The position numbers and the translations under genes are program-made. The notes under the pieces were generated by a model, which was given only the letters and a program-made list of their open reading frames with translations, was not told the DNA's origin and made no database searches. A DNA stretch of 62,943 bases, counting the filler, from Chiloscyllium plagiosum (Eukaryota): the NCBI RefSeq assembly GCF_004010195.1. It is 6 parts of one record of this genome, joined end to end, with 100 filler letters (N's around TTAATTAATTAA, not from the genome) between each part and the next. Parts side by side here need not be neighbours in the genome. Positions count along the whole stretch, not along the records: positions 14,294 to 31,186 come from NC_057711.1; positions 31,287 to 47,869 come from NC_057711.1; 4 more parts are not named here. One strand, given 5' to 3'. Positions 25,607 through 37,610 of this stretch are shown piece after piece. How positions within the stretch are numbered: the first letter of the stretch is position 1; each line of letters opens with the position of its first letter.

Positions 25607-27057
25607 GACTTGTGTTATAGATGGGGCCAAGTGAGTTGGTTATTTTATACATGAATTCATTCATGCACAAAAAAAAACAAGATGATGCAATTTAATTTGT
25701 AGTAGGAGAGTAGACTTTAATCCCATCAGTTTTTATTTTCTCTGTTCACTTTGCCAAATCTTACAGCTTCAGAACACTGAGCTGGGCGAACTATGCAAAT
25801 ATTAAGGCTACAAGAGCAGGTCAAAGAGTTGGAATTCTGTGTTACTTAAGTCATCTCCTGACTCCCGAAATCCTGTCCACTAAATACAAGTCCAATTTAG
25901 GAACGTGTTGGAATGCTTTCACTTGCCTGGATAGGTGCACACCCAACAGCTCTCAAGATGCTTGGCACCATTCAAGGCAAAGTAGTCCAGTTGATTCAAT
26001 ATTCACTCCCTCCTCAACTGATGCACTGTGGAAGCAGAGTTTCAATGAGAAGACATTGAACAGTCAATCAAAATGACTGTTTCAACAGGACCTTCTAATC
26101 AAGTGACCCCCATCAACTTGAAGGACAAGGGAAGCAGATGTATGGGAACACCATCACCTGCAATTTCCCTCCAAGTCACTCATCAACCTGATTTGGAAAT
26201 ATAACACTGTCCCTTCACTGTCACTGAGTCAAAATCCTGGAACGCCCTTCTGAACAGCTTTGGAGATGTCCACATCCCTCATGCTTCAAGAAGGCAGCTC
26301 ACCATCATATTCTTCAGGAATGTTAAGAATGGGCAACAAAAACTGACCAAACCAGTAATGTCCACATCGCATGAAGAAATAAAAAAAAGTCTAATAACTC
26401 AGCCATAGATTCAATACCAAGAGTAATTATTGATATGCAGTGAGGTGGTCAAAGTCGTAACAATCTTTCCAAACTGTTGGAGGTTATATTAAAGAGACTA
26501 TTATTATGTTATAGTATCATAGTCATAGAATAATAGAGCCCATAGAGCACAGAAACAGAACCTTCTGTCCAACCAGTCCATGCTGTACAGGATTCAGAAT
26601 TAATGTTTCAAGTTCAATTAGTCCTCTGAAGAAGGGTCACTGGACTTGAAATATTAACTCTGTTTACACTTCACAAATGCTGCCATACCTGTTGATACAC
26701 TCCAGCAATTTCTGTTTTTGTTTCAGAAATAAAACGAACAGCATGTTTTTGATGCTAAATTGTCACTGGGAATATGACTGTATATCCAACAATGTGCCTC
26801 CACTAATTAAATGCTGAGTTCAGCATTTCCTTTAAACCTGTAATGATCACTGATATCGTCAACATTTGCTGCTGAAAAAAATGCTTTCAAACTGTAACAA
26901 AAGAATGAAGTAAAATTGATCATGAAATTGGTACTTAAAACTTACTTTTTAATGAATTTATGGTGACAGTCCTTACAAGGGTCAGTATGAGGAAGTGTCA
27001 CTCAGAGCATTACAAATCCAATGTCCCAAATGTGAACTATGAGACCATGATTTTCAG

Positions 27058-27390
27058 ATCTTGTGTTTTAGACAATGAGATCAGAAAGCCTACTCTTGGC
27101 CAAGTTTAATGAATGAAATATATCTGCTACAAATTGTGAAATTTCAAGTGAATTGTTCACTTTCATCAAGGCTAACTGACTTACAATAAACACCAACCTT
27201 GATAACAAAGCGCCTCTTGAGCCAGTACAAACACATTTCCTTGGCTGTTTGCAATCTTTTGTGGGCATAATAATAAAAAGGGAATATTCCTATCATGTTG
27301 TAAGATCTTTGAAGCTGTCTTTTTCTGCTACACATCAGCTTATACTTATGTTTCCCAGTTGTATTAGTACAGCTAAGAACAGATAGCTTA
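27058..27390 (+). pseudogene. ABCA13: ABCA13-like fragment
   Basis: LLAKFNE*NISATNCEISSELFTFIKAN, compared with recalled human IIKQFNFQNIS...SYCQQLLSIFNFLELQ. Three stops. Confidence 0.5.
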
Positions 27391-27682
27391 GCTTCACTAC
27401 CTGAATCACATGGGTACAACAGCAGCATTAAGTGCATTGCACGGGCACAGGTCATGTAGTTTAAGCCAGTTGGGCATTTTGGGTTGGGTTGAGCTGGGTG
27501 GTGTCGGTTTGATCAACTTAATGATCAGGAACTAATCAGGCATGCTACGCAAACAAGATGGCAAAACTGACAATTTGTCTGATGTGCCACCAAGAATTAG
27601 AACTAACTAAATTGTTATATTATTTGAACAACGAGGCCAGGTTTCATAGATTGTATAGCAAAAGGAATATTTTCAAACATGT

Positions 27683-27995
27683 GGGCGGCACATTGGCACA
27701 GTGGTTAGCGCTGCTGCCTCACAGCGCCAGAGACCCGGGTTCAATTCCCGCCTCAGGCGACTGACTGTGTGGAGTTTGCACATTCTCCCCGTATCTGCAT
27801 GGGTTTCCTCCGGGTGCTCCAGTTTCCTCCCACAGTCCAAAGATGTGCAGGTCAGGTGAATTGACCATGCTACATTGTCCGTAGTGTTAGGTAAGGGGCA
27901 AATGTAGGGGTATGGGTGGGTTGCGCTTCGGCAGGTCGGTGTGGACTTGTTGGGCCGAAGGGCCTGTTTCCACACTGTAAGTAATCTAATCTAAT
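27683..27995 (+). mobile_element. HE1 SINE, near-intact
   Basis: A box tggcacagtgg, B box ggttcaattcc, (taatc)n tail. Confidence 0.95.
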
Positions 27996-28754
27996 GTAAT
28001 GTCCGGTTTATAGATAGTTCTGGTTTATGGGCAGCTGAATTTCAGTTATCCAGTCCGAACTCTGCTGTAAGTGGAAGGAAGGGGACAAACTGTGAGGTTT
28101 TCAGAAACAGCATGCTTTCTCAGTTGTCCAGGAGTTCTAGGAAATGAAGCTTGTACTAACCTCAAAGGCATATACATCTCATCACACATGGCATGCCAAA
28201 TGCCATTAATGTAGCACCTCTCAAGGCCAGTATCAGGAATTCCAAATGCTGGTCCTGTAAGAGCGGGCAGGTATACACATTAAGAGTTCAAACTCCTTCA
28301 GGGTCTCTGTTGCTCTGTAACATTCTTCAGCACTGCAATATTTGAGAACTCTGTTTCTCAGGTGCAACATCGAGGGTAGAAGGGCCTGTTCTGTGTTGTA
28401 TTGTTCTATATTATTCTATGTTTTCTAATTGTATGATCAATGCTATACTTATGGTGGCCAATTTTCACCTGCAGCAAGTTTGCAAAAATAGCTTTGAGAA
28501 GAGTGATCCGTCAACCTACTATGGTGATGTGGTTGAGCGAGAAATGTTGTTTAGCTGACTGGAAGAAAACTCATTACCTCAGCGCAGTTGTGAAGGTTCA
28601 ACATGTGTACTTGAGTCTCCAAAGTCTGGCTTGACCCTGCAACATGAAAGCTGACTGCTTTAACTACTTTCTTCCATTATGGAAATCGGTGAGCTTGGAT
28701 ATTGATTAGGTGAAATACTTGTTATTCATAATTGTTGCAAGATGGACACCTACT

Positions 28755-28870
28755 GGCTAGGTTCACAAAGTACAGCACTCTATTGATGGCACCTATGTTG
28801 CTATCAGAAGGCCAAGCAACAAGTGACACACTCCATTCATTCCATCCAGTGCATTATTTTCTATTTGACT
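28755..28870 (+). mobile_element. Harbinger/PIF transposase relic
   Basis: KVQHSIDGTYVAIRRPSNK* / HSIHSIQC resembles the VQGAIDGTHVAI..P...NRK..HSINVQ motif that contains the first catalytic Asp. Confidence 0.6.
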
Positions 28871-29529
28871 GGGACCCTGTCTGCAACTTCAAACATTAAC
28901 TACATCCACCACCATCACACAGTCCTGCAGAGTGTGCCATCTACAGATTGCATTATAGCATTTTGCCAAGTATTCTTTGGCAGCATTTTGCAAACCTGTA
29001 TCTCTATCACCTCGAAGAACAAGGATAACAGCTGCATTGGAATATCAGCACCTGCTGACACCACCCACCAGTTACACAAAATGGTGGGATGAGGATTATG
29101 TCTCTGTTCCTTCATCATTGCTGGGTCAAAAGCCTGAACTTCTCCATTAATAGTTCTGTAGGAGGTCAGACTGTGGTGCTTTAAGAAATCAGCTCATCAA
29201 AATCACAAAGGCAGTTGGGGATGGACAATGAACAATGGTCTGATCGGCAACACTCACATCCTGTTAATGAATATGAAAAAGATAGTTCTTAGGCTAGTAA
29301 AGGCATCAGATGTTCCAGCATTGAGTTCTTTCTTTTTGTGAATGCAGCCAGAAGTGTTAGTCTCTCTCATGCTGTTGTTGCATATTGCCATTGAAAAGAA
29401 ATGAAATGGATTCAGTAGCCACATTATGTCAGCACGTAATAGTATCCAATTAATCTGTCAAATATCCCCAACAGAGATTTGAGAGAAACAAGCCATTGAT
29501 GTTAATCTAATTGTAACAGCAATCAGCTT

Positions 29530-29790
29530 TCATGTTGCAGGGTCAAGCCAGACTTTGGAGATTCAAGTACATATGTTGACCCTTCACTACTGCACTGAGG
29601 GAATGCCACATCATCGCCAACAACGTCTTTGAGATGAGGCATTAAATTAAGGCCCATCATTTCTTTCAAGTTGAAGGAGAAGATTAGCTATTATGAACCC
29701 AGATCAAGGGAGTGTTCTTCCAGTCAGCTAAACAACATTTCTCTCTCAACCACCTCATCAAAGTAGGCTGACTGATCACTTATCTCAAAG
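29530..29790 (+). mobile_element. Deu-domain SINE relic (SacSINE1/AmnSINE1-like)
   Basis: actgcactgagggaatgc...gtctttgagatgaggcattaaa...gagtgttct resembles the DeuSINE body; a second copy lies at 54340-54700. Confidence 0.5.
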
Positions 29791-30169
29791 CACCTGATGA
29801 AGGAGCGTTGCTCCATAAACTAATGCTTCCAAATAAACCTGTTGGATTATAACCTGGTGTTGTGTGATTTTTAATGGTCACTTGCCAGCCTCAGTCACCA
29901 ATTACCTGTGACTCTAACCATCTTCTTTACCTGCCTCTGTTGTGGGAAGTGTATATTATTGGAAAATTGAAATACAATTAACAATCTGCAAATAGTAAAA
30001 AGAAAATCCACCTTCACTTGTAACAAATAACTACAGAGAGGTTGGTATCCCATCACCGAGTCATCCTTTATTTACATGTGCGCAGTACATGGACTCTAAT
30101 CATCCAGCTCAGAGCCAATTGCTAGAAAAAGGATACTAACTGAATCTTCTGGTTTTTTTTTTTGGTTTT

Positions 30170-31186
30170 TTTAGTGCTTATTTTTCCCCAGCACCCATGG
30201 TGTGTGTGTGCAGGTATGAGACACAGTGAAAGACACAAAGTGCATGAATCTTTACTCAAATTCCACCAAATCATCTGTTTATTTTTTTCATCCAAGGGCT
30301 CTCCTATTTTTTTTTTGCCCCACACTACCACCTAAGTGCGGTAGTGCTTATTTTTTTCCCCCCAGCACCCATGGTGTGTGTGTGCAGGTGTGAGACATAG
30401 TGAAAGACACAAAGTGCACGAATCTTTATTCAAATTCCACCACCAGGAAGATAGGAAAACACCCGGGTGGCCAATGACAAACACTGCCCTTCACCTCAAA
30501 GGGCAGTGCTGTGTGATCAAAACAGTGAGGGGGAGAGTAGGGACAAATCTTCTGTTTATTATTTTTTTTTCTTTTTTTATTCAATTTCCACCACCAGGAA
30601 GATAGGAAAACAGCCGGGTGGTACTCCTGTTTAATTTTTTTTTCACCCCCACACTACCACCTAAGTGCGGTCGTGCTTATTTTTTTCCCCCAGCACCCAT
30701 GGTGTGTGTGTGCAGGTGTGAGACACAGTGAAAGACACAAAGTGCACAAATCTTTATTCAATTTCCACCACCAGGAAGATAGGAAAACACCCGGGTGGCC
30801 AGTGACAAAGACTGCCCTTCACATCAAAGGGCATTGCTGTGTGATCAAAACAGTGAGGGGGAGGGTAGGTACAAATCTTCTGTTTATTTATTTATTCGTT
30901 TTTCCCTTCAGAATCCTCTGTTTATTTTTTATTTTTTTTTAGCAGTGCTGTTCACAAGAGCTCTTTTATTTTCTTTTTTCTTCTTTTTTTTAACCCAAAT
31001 CTCCTGTTTATTTCTTTTTTCCCCACACTACCAGCTAAGTGCGATAGTGCGTATTTTTTCCAACACTCTGGATCTTTTTTTTTACCACCAGGAATCCCCG
31101 CTTTATTTTCTTTTAAATTTTTTTTTTCTTCTTTTTTTGTGTGTGTATACGTGTGAGACACAGTGAAAGACACAAAGTGCACGAAT
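30170..31186 (-). repeat. Irregular tandem array of retroposon 3'-end units (probably Tx1/L1-type 3' UTR)
   Basis: Units at 30170-30268, 30318-30544, 30577-30621, 30646-30872, 31021-31065 and 31138-31186. Each follows a T-tract; AATAAA on the minus strand; two hairpins per full unit. Confidence 0.75.
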
Positions 31187-31286
31187 NNNNNNNNNNNNNN
31201 NNNNNNNNNNNNNNNNNNNNNNNNNNNNNNTTAATTAATTAANNNNNNNNNNNNNNNNNNNNNNNNNNNNNNNNNNNNNNNNNNNN

Positions 31287-31550
31287 TATCTCTTATAACC
31301 TTTTCCAGCACTTTACCAACAACTGAAGTAAAGCTCACTGGTCTATAATTTCCAGGGTTGTCTCTACTCCCCTTCTTGAACAGGAGAACCACATTTACTA
31401 TCCTGCAGTCTTCTGGCACTATTCCTGTGGACAATGATGATTTAAAGATCAATGCCAAAGGCTCGGCAATCTCCTCCCTGGCTTCCCAGAGGATCCTGGG
31501 ATAAATCCCATCCGGCCCAGGGGACCTATCTATTTTCACACTCAGATTCA
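31287..31550 (-). mobile_element. HER1/CR1 RT N-terminal fragment
   Basis: SPGPDGIYPRIL...FKKGSRDNPGNYRPVS. Confidence 0.95.
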
Positions 31551-31551
31551 T

Positions 31552-32130
31552 GTTCAGTCTCTCCAGTGTTTTGTGCAGGTCATTTGGACGTTCAGAGAGA
31601 CCACAGTGTTCTTTTTGGCAACCTTAGACTGTGTTGATTGACAAGTTTTCACCGAGTATTTTGCAGGGGGATCCATCAGAGCATCATTCCTCCTTTTCAA
31701 CACAGACTCTCCTTCCAAGTTGATGGAGACACTGTCTTAGTCCTTTCAGTGTCCTTTGCGATGTTGAACTTTACGCTTGCCAACACACTGAGAGATTGGC
31801 GGAAAGTTTTCTGCCCCTATATATTTTCAATCAAAACTAATGATCAAAATCCTAGATATTCAATGCTGAATCCTGAATAATGAATTTAACTCAGGATGTC
31901 TCTCCGTTTACCTCCTATCAAAGCAACACGGTGATAAGTAACTCTTCAACCTGTGCTGAAATCTGATGTTAAATTCTGTCTGATTCAGGCAAGGAAGGAG
32001 TTAACGAGTGAATTTGAATGAAATGTATGAGAGAGTAGTGACAGATTCAGATGTGATGTATGCAAATAAAAATTGAAACATCAACTGTCATCATCTTCTT
32101 ACAGTATTTTGTTGGCTTCATTAGCTGTCA
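31552..32130 (+). pseudogene. ABCA13: ABCA13-like fragment abutting a LINE
   Basis: IH/CSVS/LQCFVQVIW; LTSFH; MLNFTLANTLRDW (31761-31799); MNLTQ. Compare recalled human IHCTVSWLQMWTEIW, FTSLH, FKNVTQANDFHNW and LNLEQ. Confidence 0.55.
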
Positions 32131-32349
32131 TTCTTTGGAAACAGTGGAGTGTGTAGGCCCAGTTCATCCAGACTTTCATTTAAGGTACACACCCCTATCG
32201 ATCCAGAGACCAAGTCTGTTGAACTTTTGTTGCACTCCTTCTATGGCAGTAATGTCTCTTGCTTCTGTACAACTGAAGCAAGGCTTCACTATTCTTGTAC
32301 TCAAATCCTTTTGTGTTAAAGAATAACATTCCATTAGATTTCCTGATAG

Positions 32350-33018
32350 CTTGCTGAACCTACAAGGGTGTTCAAGACCAGCAACATCAGATCTGACGCC
32401 AAGCTCATGGCCTACAGAGCCCTCCTATATGGCTGTGAGCCATGGATTGTCTACAGCAGACACCTCAAGGCACTGGAGCTGTCCCACCAACACTGCCTGC
32501 ATAAGATCCTGGGAAACTGCTGAGAAGAAAGATGCACCAACACCAGTCACCTCGACCAGGCCGACATCCCCAACATCGAGGCACTGACCACCCACACCTT
32601 CATCAGCTGCAATGGGCTGGGCACATTGTCCCCATGACCGACACGAGATTCCCTACTCCCAACTCCGAAAGGGCAAGTGAGCCCCAGGTGGACAGAGGAA
32701 GCACTTCAGGGATACTCTCAAGGCCTCACTGGGGAAGTGCAGCATTCCCACAGACCCCTGGGAATTATTGGCCCAGGGCCAAACAAGTGAGGGAGGAGCA
32801 TCTGGGAAGGTGTTGAGCACCTTCAGACTGGCCGTTGGGAAAGAGCGGAAACCAGGCAAAAACCGCAAAAGGAGCATGCTCCCACACCAATGCCCCACCC
32901 ACCCCTTTCTGTCCCAAACGTAGCAGAGCCTGTGGAAGTCACAGCGGTCTGTACAGCCACTTACAGACTCACTCTGAGAGTGGAGGAGAGTCATCCTCAT
33001 TTGTGAGGGACCGCTGAT
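32350..33018 (+). mobile_element. RTE-clade LINE 3' fragment
   Basis: RVF...KLMAYRA.LYGCEPWIVYSRHLKALE...HCLHKILG; QLQWAGHIV.M...; CGSHSGLYSH zinc-finger-like end. Confidence 0.8.
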
Positions 33019-33019
33019 T

Positions 33020-33415
33020 GCCCTGATCTTGTTTGCGTTTGAACATGGACTTCTTCAGTACCTGAGGATTTGCAAATGGTTCTGAACATTGTGCAATCGT
33101 CGATGAACATCCCCACTTCTGACCTTATGACAGAGGGATGGTAATTGATGAAGCAGCTGAAGGTGGTTGGGCCTAGGACACTACCCTGAGGGATTCCTGC
33201 AGAGATGTCCTGGAGCTGAGATGACTGACCTCCAACAACCACAACCATCTTCCTATTGCCAGATATAACTCTAACCAGTGGAGAGTTTGCCTCCGATACC
33301 CATTGATTGCTGCTTAGCTAGAGCCGCTTGATGTCACATTCAGTGAAATGTGCCGCTGATGTCGAGGGGAATTACTCTCACCTCAGCTCTGCAACTGCAG
33401 TTCTTTGACCATGTG
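33020..33415 (-). mobile_element. LINE RT fragment (same family as 35085-38780)
   Basis: [20 protein letters not shown]...MFIDDCT. Confidence 0.85.
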
Positions 33416-34489
33416 TGATTTTGGCATGTGCTGCATGTTATACGAATAGTTTGATTTACATGGTGTTAGTCCAAGATTATTAATAAAGAGGAGTACTTAC
33501 AGTCCAACCTCTTGGCTCACAACTGGGAATGCTAATTGGACAGGGCCTGGGGTCACTGTGTGGATCTGTCTGACTGTATCAAACAACACAGAGACATCAC
33601 TTTCATTTGTAAATATTGAACCCTGTTAACAAGTGAGGAATGGGCAGTGAAAAGGTGAAGATTACTTCGATGTTAACTTATCTGTGTTTCAGGCAGTGAG
33701 GAGAGAAGGTAGGCAATAAAATGAATGAATTAAAGGAGAGGAGATGAGAATGTTTTTGATATGATGAGTTGTTGTGATCTGAGGCAAAAGGAAGTTCCAA
33801 AAGGGGGTTTAGATTCGTGTTTGAGAAGGAGAAATTGGAGAGCAATGGGGAGAGAGCGAGGTTGGGGAAGTTGGACTGAATGTATAGCTCATTCAGAGAA
33901 TCATCACAAGTTCAGTGAGCTAAATGGACTCCTTGGAAGATGTGATCTGACTATACACTTGCTGCTGTACAATATCTTGAAGGTTTTCAGCTGATTTCAC
34001 TGCCGAGGGGCCTCGTGTTTAATAAAAGTTGAAAGAAATGAGAGCTCAGTGTCTGATGAAACTCAGTATTCTCACAGGGAGTGCCACTTGGGGCTACACA
34101 CTCTGTGTATAGCTGAGTTTCTAACAGAGGCCTTCACCTGGAACCCCAGGCACTGGAAACTGAAGAGGGAGAGCTCTGGTTACACACCGAGTTGAGGATT
34201 AGCAGAGGCTTCATGTAAAGAGCCAGGTTTTGGTAACATTCCATAGGCTGTGATGTGCTGGGATCTTGACGCACATAAAGGTGGTCAGGTTGTGCCAACT
34301 TGAACATTTCCATCTTGTATCAATTTACACGGGATTCTCAATTTCTTCTTGAAGCAGGAATTTGGAGCACTATTTCTAGAAAGTTTTATGGTCATTTATG
34401 GATGTAGAAGCATGTTTTGGAAGGATGTATTAGTGAAATCTTCCTTTTGATGCCAAGAATGTGAGAGACAGGGAGTGATCTCCAATTCC

Positions 34490-34780
34490 AGCTTCTTGAG
34501 CATTCCCCATTCCCATCGGCACCAGCGTCAGTGTTTGTGCATCCAGCTGTCTCGGGCCCCAAGCTCTGGAATTCTCTCTCCAGCTCTCTCCGCCCCTTTC
34601 CTTTAATAAACTCCTTCAAACGTACCTGTCTGATAGAGCTTTTGCTTCTCTGTACAGAATATTTCCTCATGTGGATTGATGATAAATTTTGCTTCATTTA
34701 TTTCTGCTGTATGGCATTTTTAGGATGTTTTACATATAAAAGGCTCTCTATAAATCTAATTTGTTGGTGCAAATGTGATG
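34490..34780 (+). mobile_element. L2-type LINE 3' end (similar relic at about 52500-52720)
   Basis: GPKLWNSL...SFK motif followed by an L2-like tail. Confidence 0.6.
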
Positions 34781-35586
34781 AGTATATGAACTAGGAGCAG
34801 AATGAGACTATTCAGCCCCTTAAGCCTGATCCAGCCACAATTATTATCATGGCTGATCTCAGTTTGTGATCCATAGCCAAATGACCACATACCCTTTGGT
34901 CAGTCAGGAATCCGGTGACTCTGCCTTAAAAATGGTCAATGACCTGACAGATCACACTCTGCAGGAGACACTTTCACAGATTCGGAATCCGATCAATGAA
35001 GAAAATTCAACTCAGCTCCAGGGGTTAATGGAGAGATACCTCACTTTGAGATTTGGTTCCTCGATCTCACAGGACTCCCACAAAGGCAATGGCCCAGTGG
35101 TATTATTAATTCAGTGACCCAGACAGTGTTCTGGCGATCCAGGTTTGAATCCTGCCACAGCAGATGGAGAAATTTGAATTCACTTCAAAGAAATCTGGAT
35201 AACCATGAAACTATTGTCGATTCTCAGAAAAATCCATCTGGTTCACTAATGTCTTTCAGGAAAGGAAATCTGCCATCCTCACCTGGGTCTTGACTATATG
35301 TGATTCCACACCCACAACAATTGCCCTCTAAAATAGCTTAATAAGCCATTCAGTTGTACCAATTGCTACAGAGTCTCAAAGAAATGAAACTGGACAGATC
35401 ATTAGGCATTGACCTAGGCACCAGAAAAGACAACAGCAGAAACAACCCTGTCAACCCTACAAAGTCCTTCTCTCTAACATCTGGGGGCTAGTACCAAAAT
35501 TGGGAAAGCTGTCTCACAGACTAGTCAAACAGTAGCCTGACATAGTGATACTCACGGAATCATACCTGACAGACAATGTCCCAGAA

Positions 35587-36755
35587 ATGGTAGGCTTAAT
35601 CTATGTGGATTTCAGTAAGGCCTTTGATAAGATTCCAACGGTAGGCTGCTCTGGAAGGTTAGATCGCATGGAATCCAGGGGGAGCTGGCAAATTGGATAC
35701 AAAATTGGCTTGATGGTAGGAACGATGCCTGGAGGCCTGAGACTAATGGTGTGTCTCAGGGGACGGTGCTGGGCCCATTGCTGTTGTTATCTGTATCAAT
35801 GATTTGGATGAGAATGTACAAGGCATGATTAGTAAGTTTGCAGGTGACACTAAAATAGAGGGCATCGTGGACCATGAGGAAGGTTATCAGAAATTGCAGC
35901 AGGACCTTGATCAGCTGAGGAAGTGGGCCAAGAGATGGCAAATAGAGTTTAATACAGATAAGCGTAAGGTCTTGCGTTTTGGAAAGTCAAATGAAGACAG
36001 GGGTTTCATGGTGAACGATAGGACTTTAAGGAGTTTAGTGGAACAGAGGAAACTTGGAGTTCAGGTGCATATTTCTCTGAAAGTGGAATCACAGGCAGAC
36101 AGAGCAGTGAAGAAGGCTTTTGGTACACTGGCCTTCATCAGTCAGGGCAGTGAGTATAGAAGTTGGGAAGTTATGTTGCAGTTGTACAGGACGTTGGTGA
36201 GGCTGCACTTGGAGTATTGTGTTCAGTTTTGGTCACCTTGTTATAGGAAGGATGTTATTAAACTGGAAAGAGTGCAGATGAAATTTACAAGGATGGTGCC
36301 TGAACTTAATGGTCTCAGCTGTAGTGACAGTTTGGACAAGCTGGGACTTTTTTCTTTAGAGTGTAGGAGACTTTATAGAGGTGTATAAGATCATGAGAGG
36401 CATGGATAGGGTGATTGCACTCAGTCCTTTTCCCAGGGTTGGAGAATCGAGGACTCGAGGGCATCAGTTTAAAGTTAGAGGGGAAAGAATAAAAGGGAAC
36501 CTGTGGGGAAATGTTTTTACACAGAGGGGGGTACACACATGGAATGAGCTGCCAGTGGAAGCGGGTTGAGGTGTGTACATTAACAACATTCAAAAGGCAT
36601 TTGAACAAATACATGGATTGGAAAGGATTAGAAGGATATGGGCCAAGTGCAGGGAAATGGGGTTAGTGTGGATGGACATCTAGGTTGGCATGGACCAGTC
36701 TGGGCCAAAGGGACTGTCTCCGTGCTGTAGGACTCTCTGACTGGGTGACTCTAAA
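35587..36755 (+). mobile_element. HER1/CR1 LINE 3' part, nested
   Basis: YVDFSKAFDK, KFAGDTK, RLHLEYCVQFWSP, NVFTQR..WNELP; tail at about 36730-36755. Confidence 0.95.
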
Positions 36756-37276
36756 CCACCATCACCATCCTGAGTACGTCCTATCTCACTGCCAGGATAA
36801 ACCCTGCAAAAGCAGTGGCACAGTGGGATATAGTCAGGGGGATTTGCTCTGGGAGACCTCAACATTAATCTCATGGCTTCAGGTTAAACATGGGCAAGAA
36901 AACCACTTGGTGGTTACCACGTACCGTCCTCCCTCAGCTGATGAATTGCCATTCCTCCATGTTGAACAACACTTGTAGGAAGCATTGAGGATGGCAAGGA
37001 CACAGAATGTCCTCTGGGTGGGGGATTTCAATGCCCATCATCAAGAGTAGCTCGGCAGCAGCACTACTGATCGAACTGGTCGGATCCTAAAGGACATAGC
37101 TGCCAGGCTGGGTCTGTTGCAGGTGGTGAGGGAACTAACAAGAGGGAAATTCATACTTGACCTCATCCTCACCAGTCTACCGGCTGCAAATGAATCTGTC
37201 CGTGACAATATCAGTAAGAGCGACAACCGCACATTTCTTATGGAGACAAAGTCCTGCCTTCACATTGAAAATAAAT

Positions 37277-37610
37277 GCAGCACAGTGGCTCAGTGGTTAG
37301 CACTGCGGCCTCACAGCGCCAGGGACCCAGGTTCGATTCCAGCCTCAGGCGACTCTCTGTTTGGAGTTTGCACATTCTCCCCGTGTCAGCGTGGGTTTCC
37401 TCTGGATGCTCCAGTTTCCTCCCACAATCCAAAGATGTGTAGGTTAGGTGAATTGGTCATGCTAAATTGCTCATAGTGTTCAGAAATGTGTAGGTTAGGG
37501 GTAAATGTAGAGTGATGGGGAATGGGTTTGTGTGGGGCATTCTTTGGAGGGTCGGTGTGGATTTGTAGGGCTGAAGGGCTTGTTTCTGCGGTGTAGGGAT
37601 TCTATAACTT
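37277..37610 (+). mobile_element. HE1-type SINE, nested
   Basis: gtggctcagtggttagcac...ggttcgattcc head. Confidence 0.92.

Noticed and set aside
27683..27760. tRNA-like sequences (also 9074, 13340-13408, 14580-14650, 14905-14975, 15169, 37277, 39865)
   Set aside because: Most continue into SINE bodies and tails, and the two short ones near 14.6 and 14.9 kb are degenerate heads. I could not fold a convincing cloverleaf, so they are not called tRNA genes.
30170..31186. Repeat-spacer-like array resembling CRISPR
   Set aside because: Vertebrate context, long unequal units, T-rich low-complexity spacers and no cas genes.
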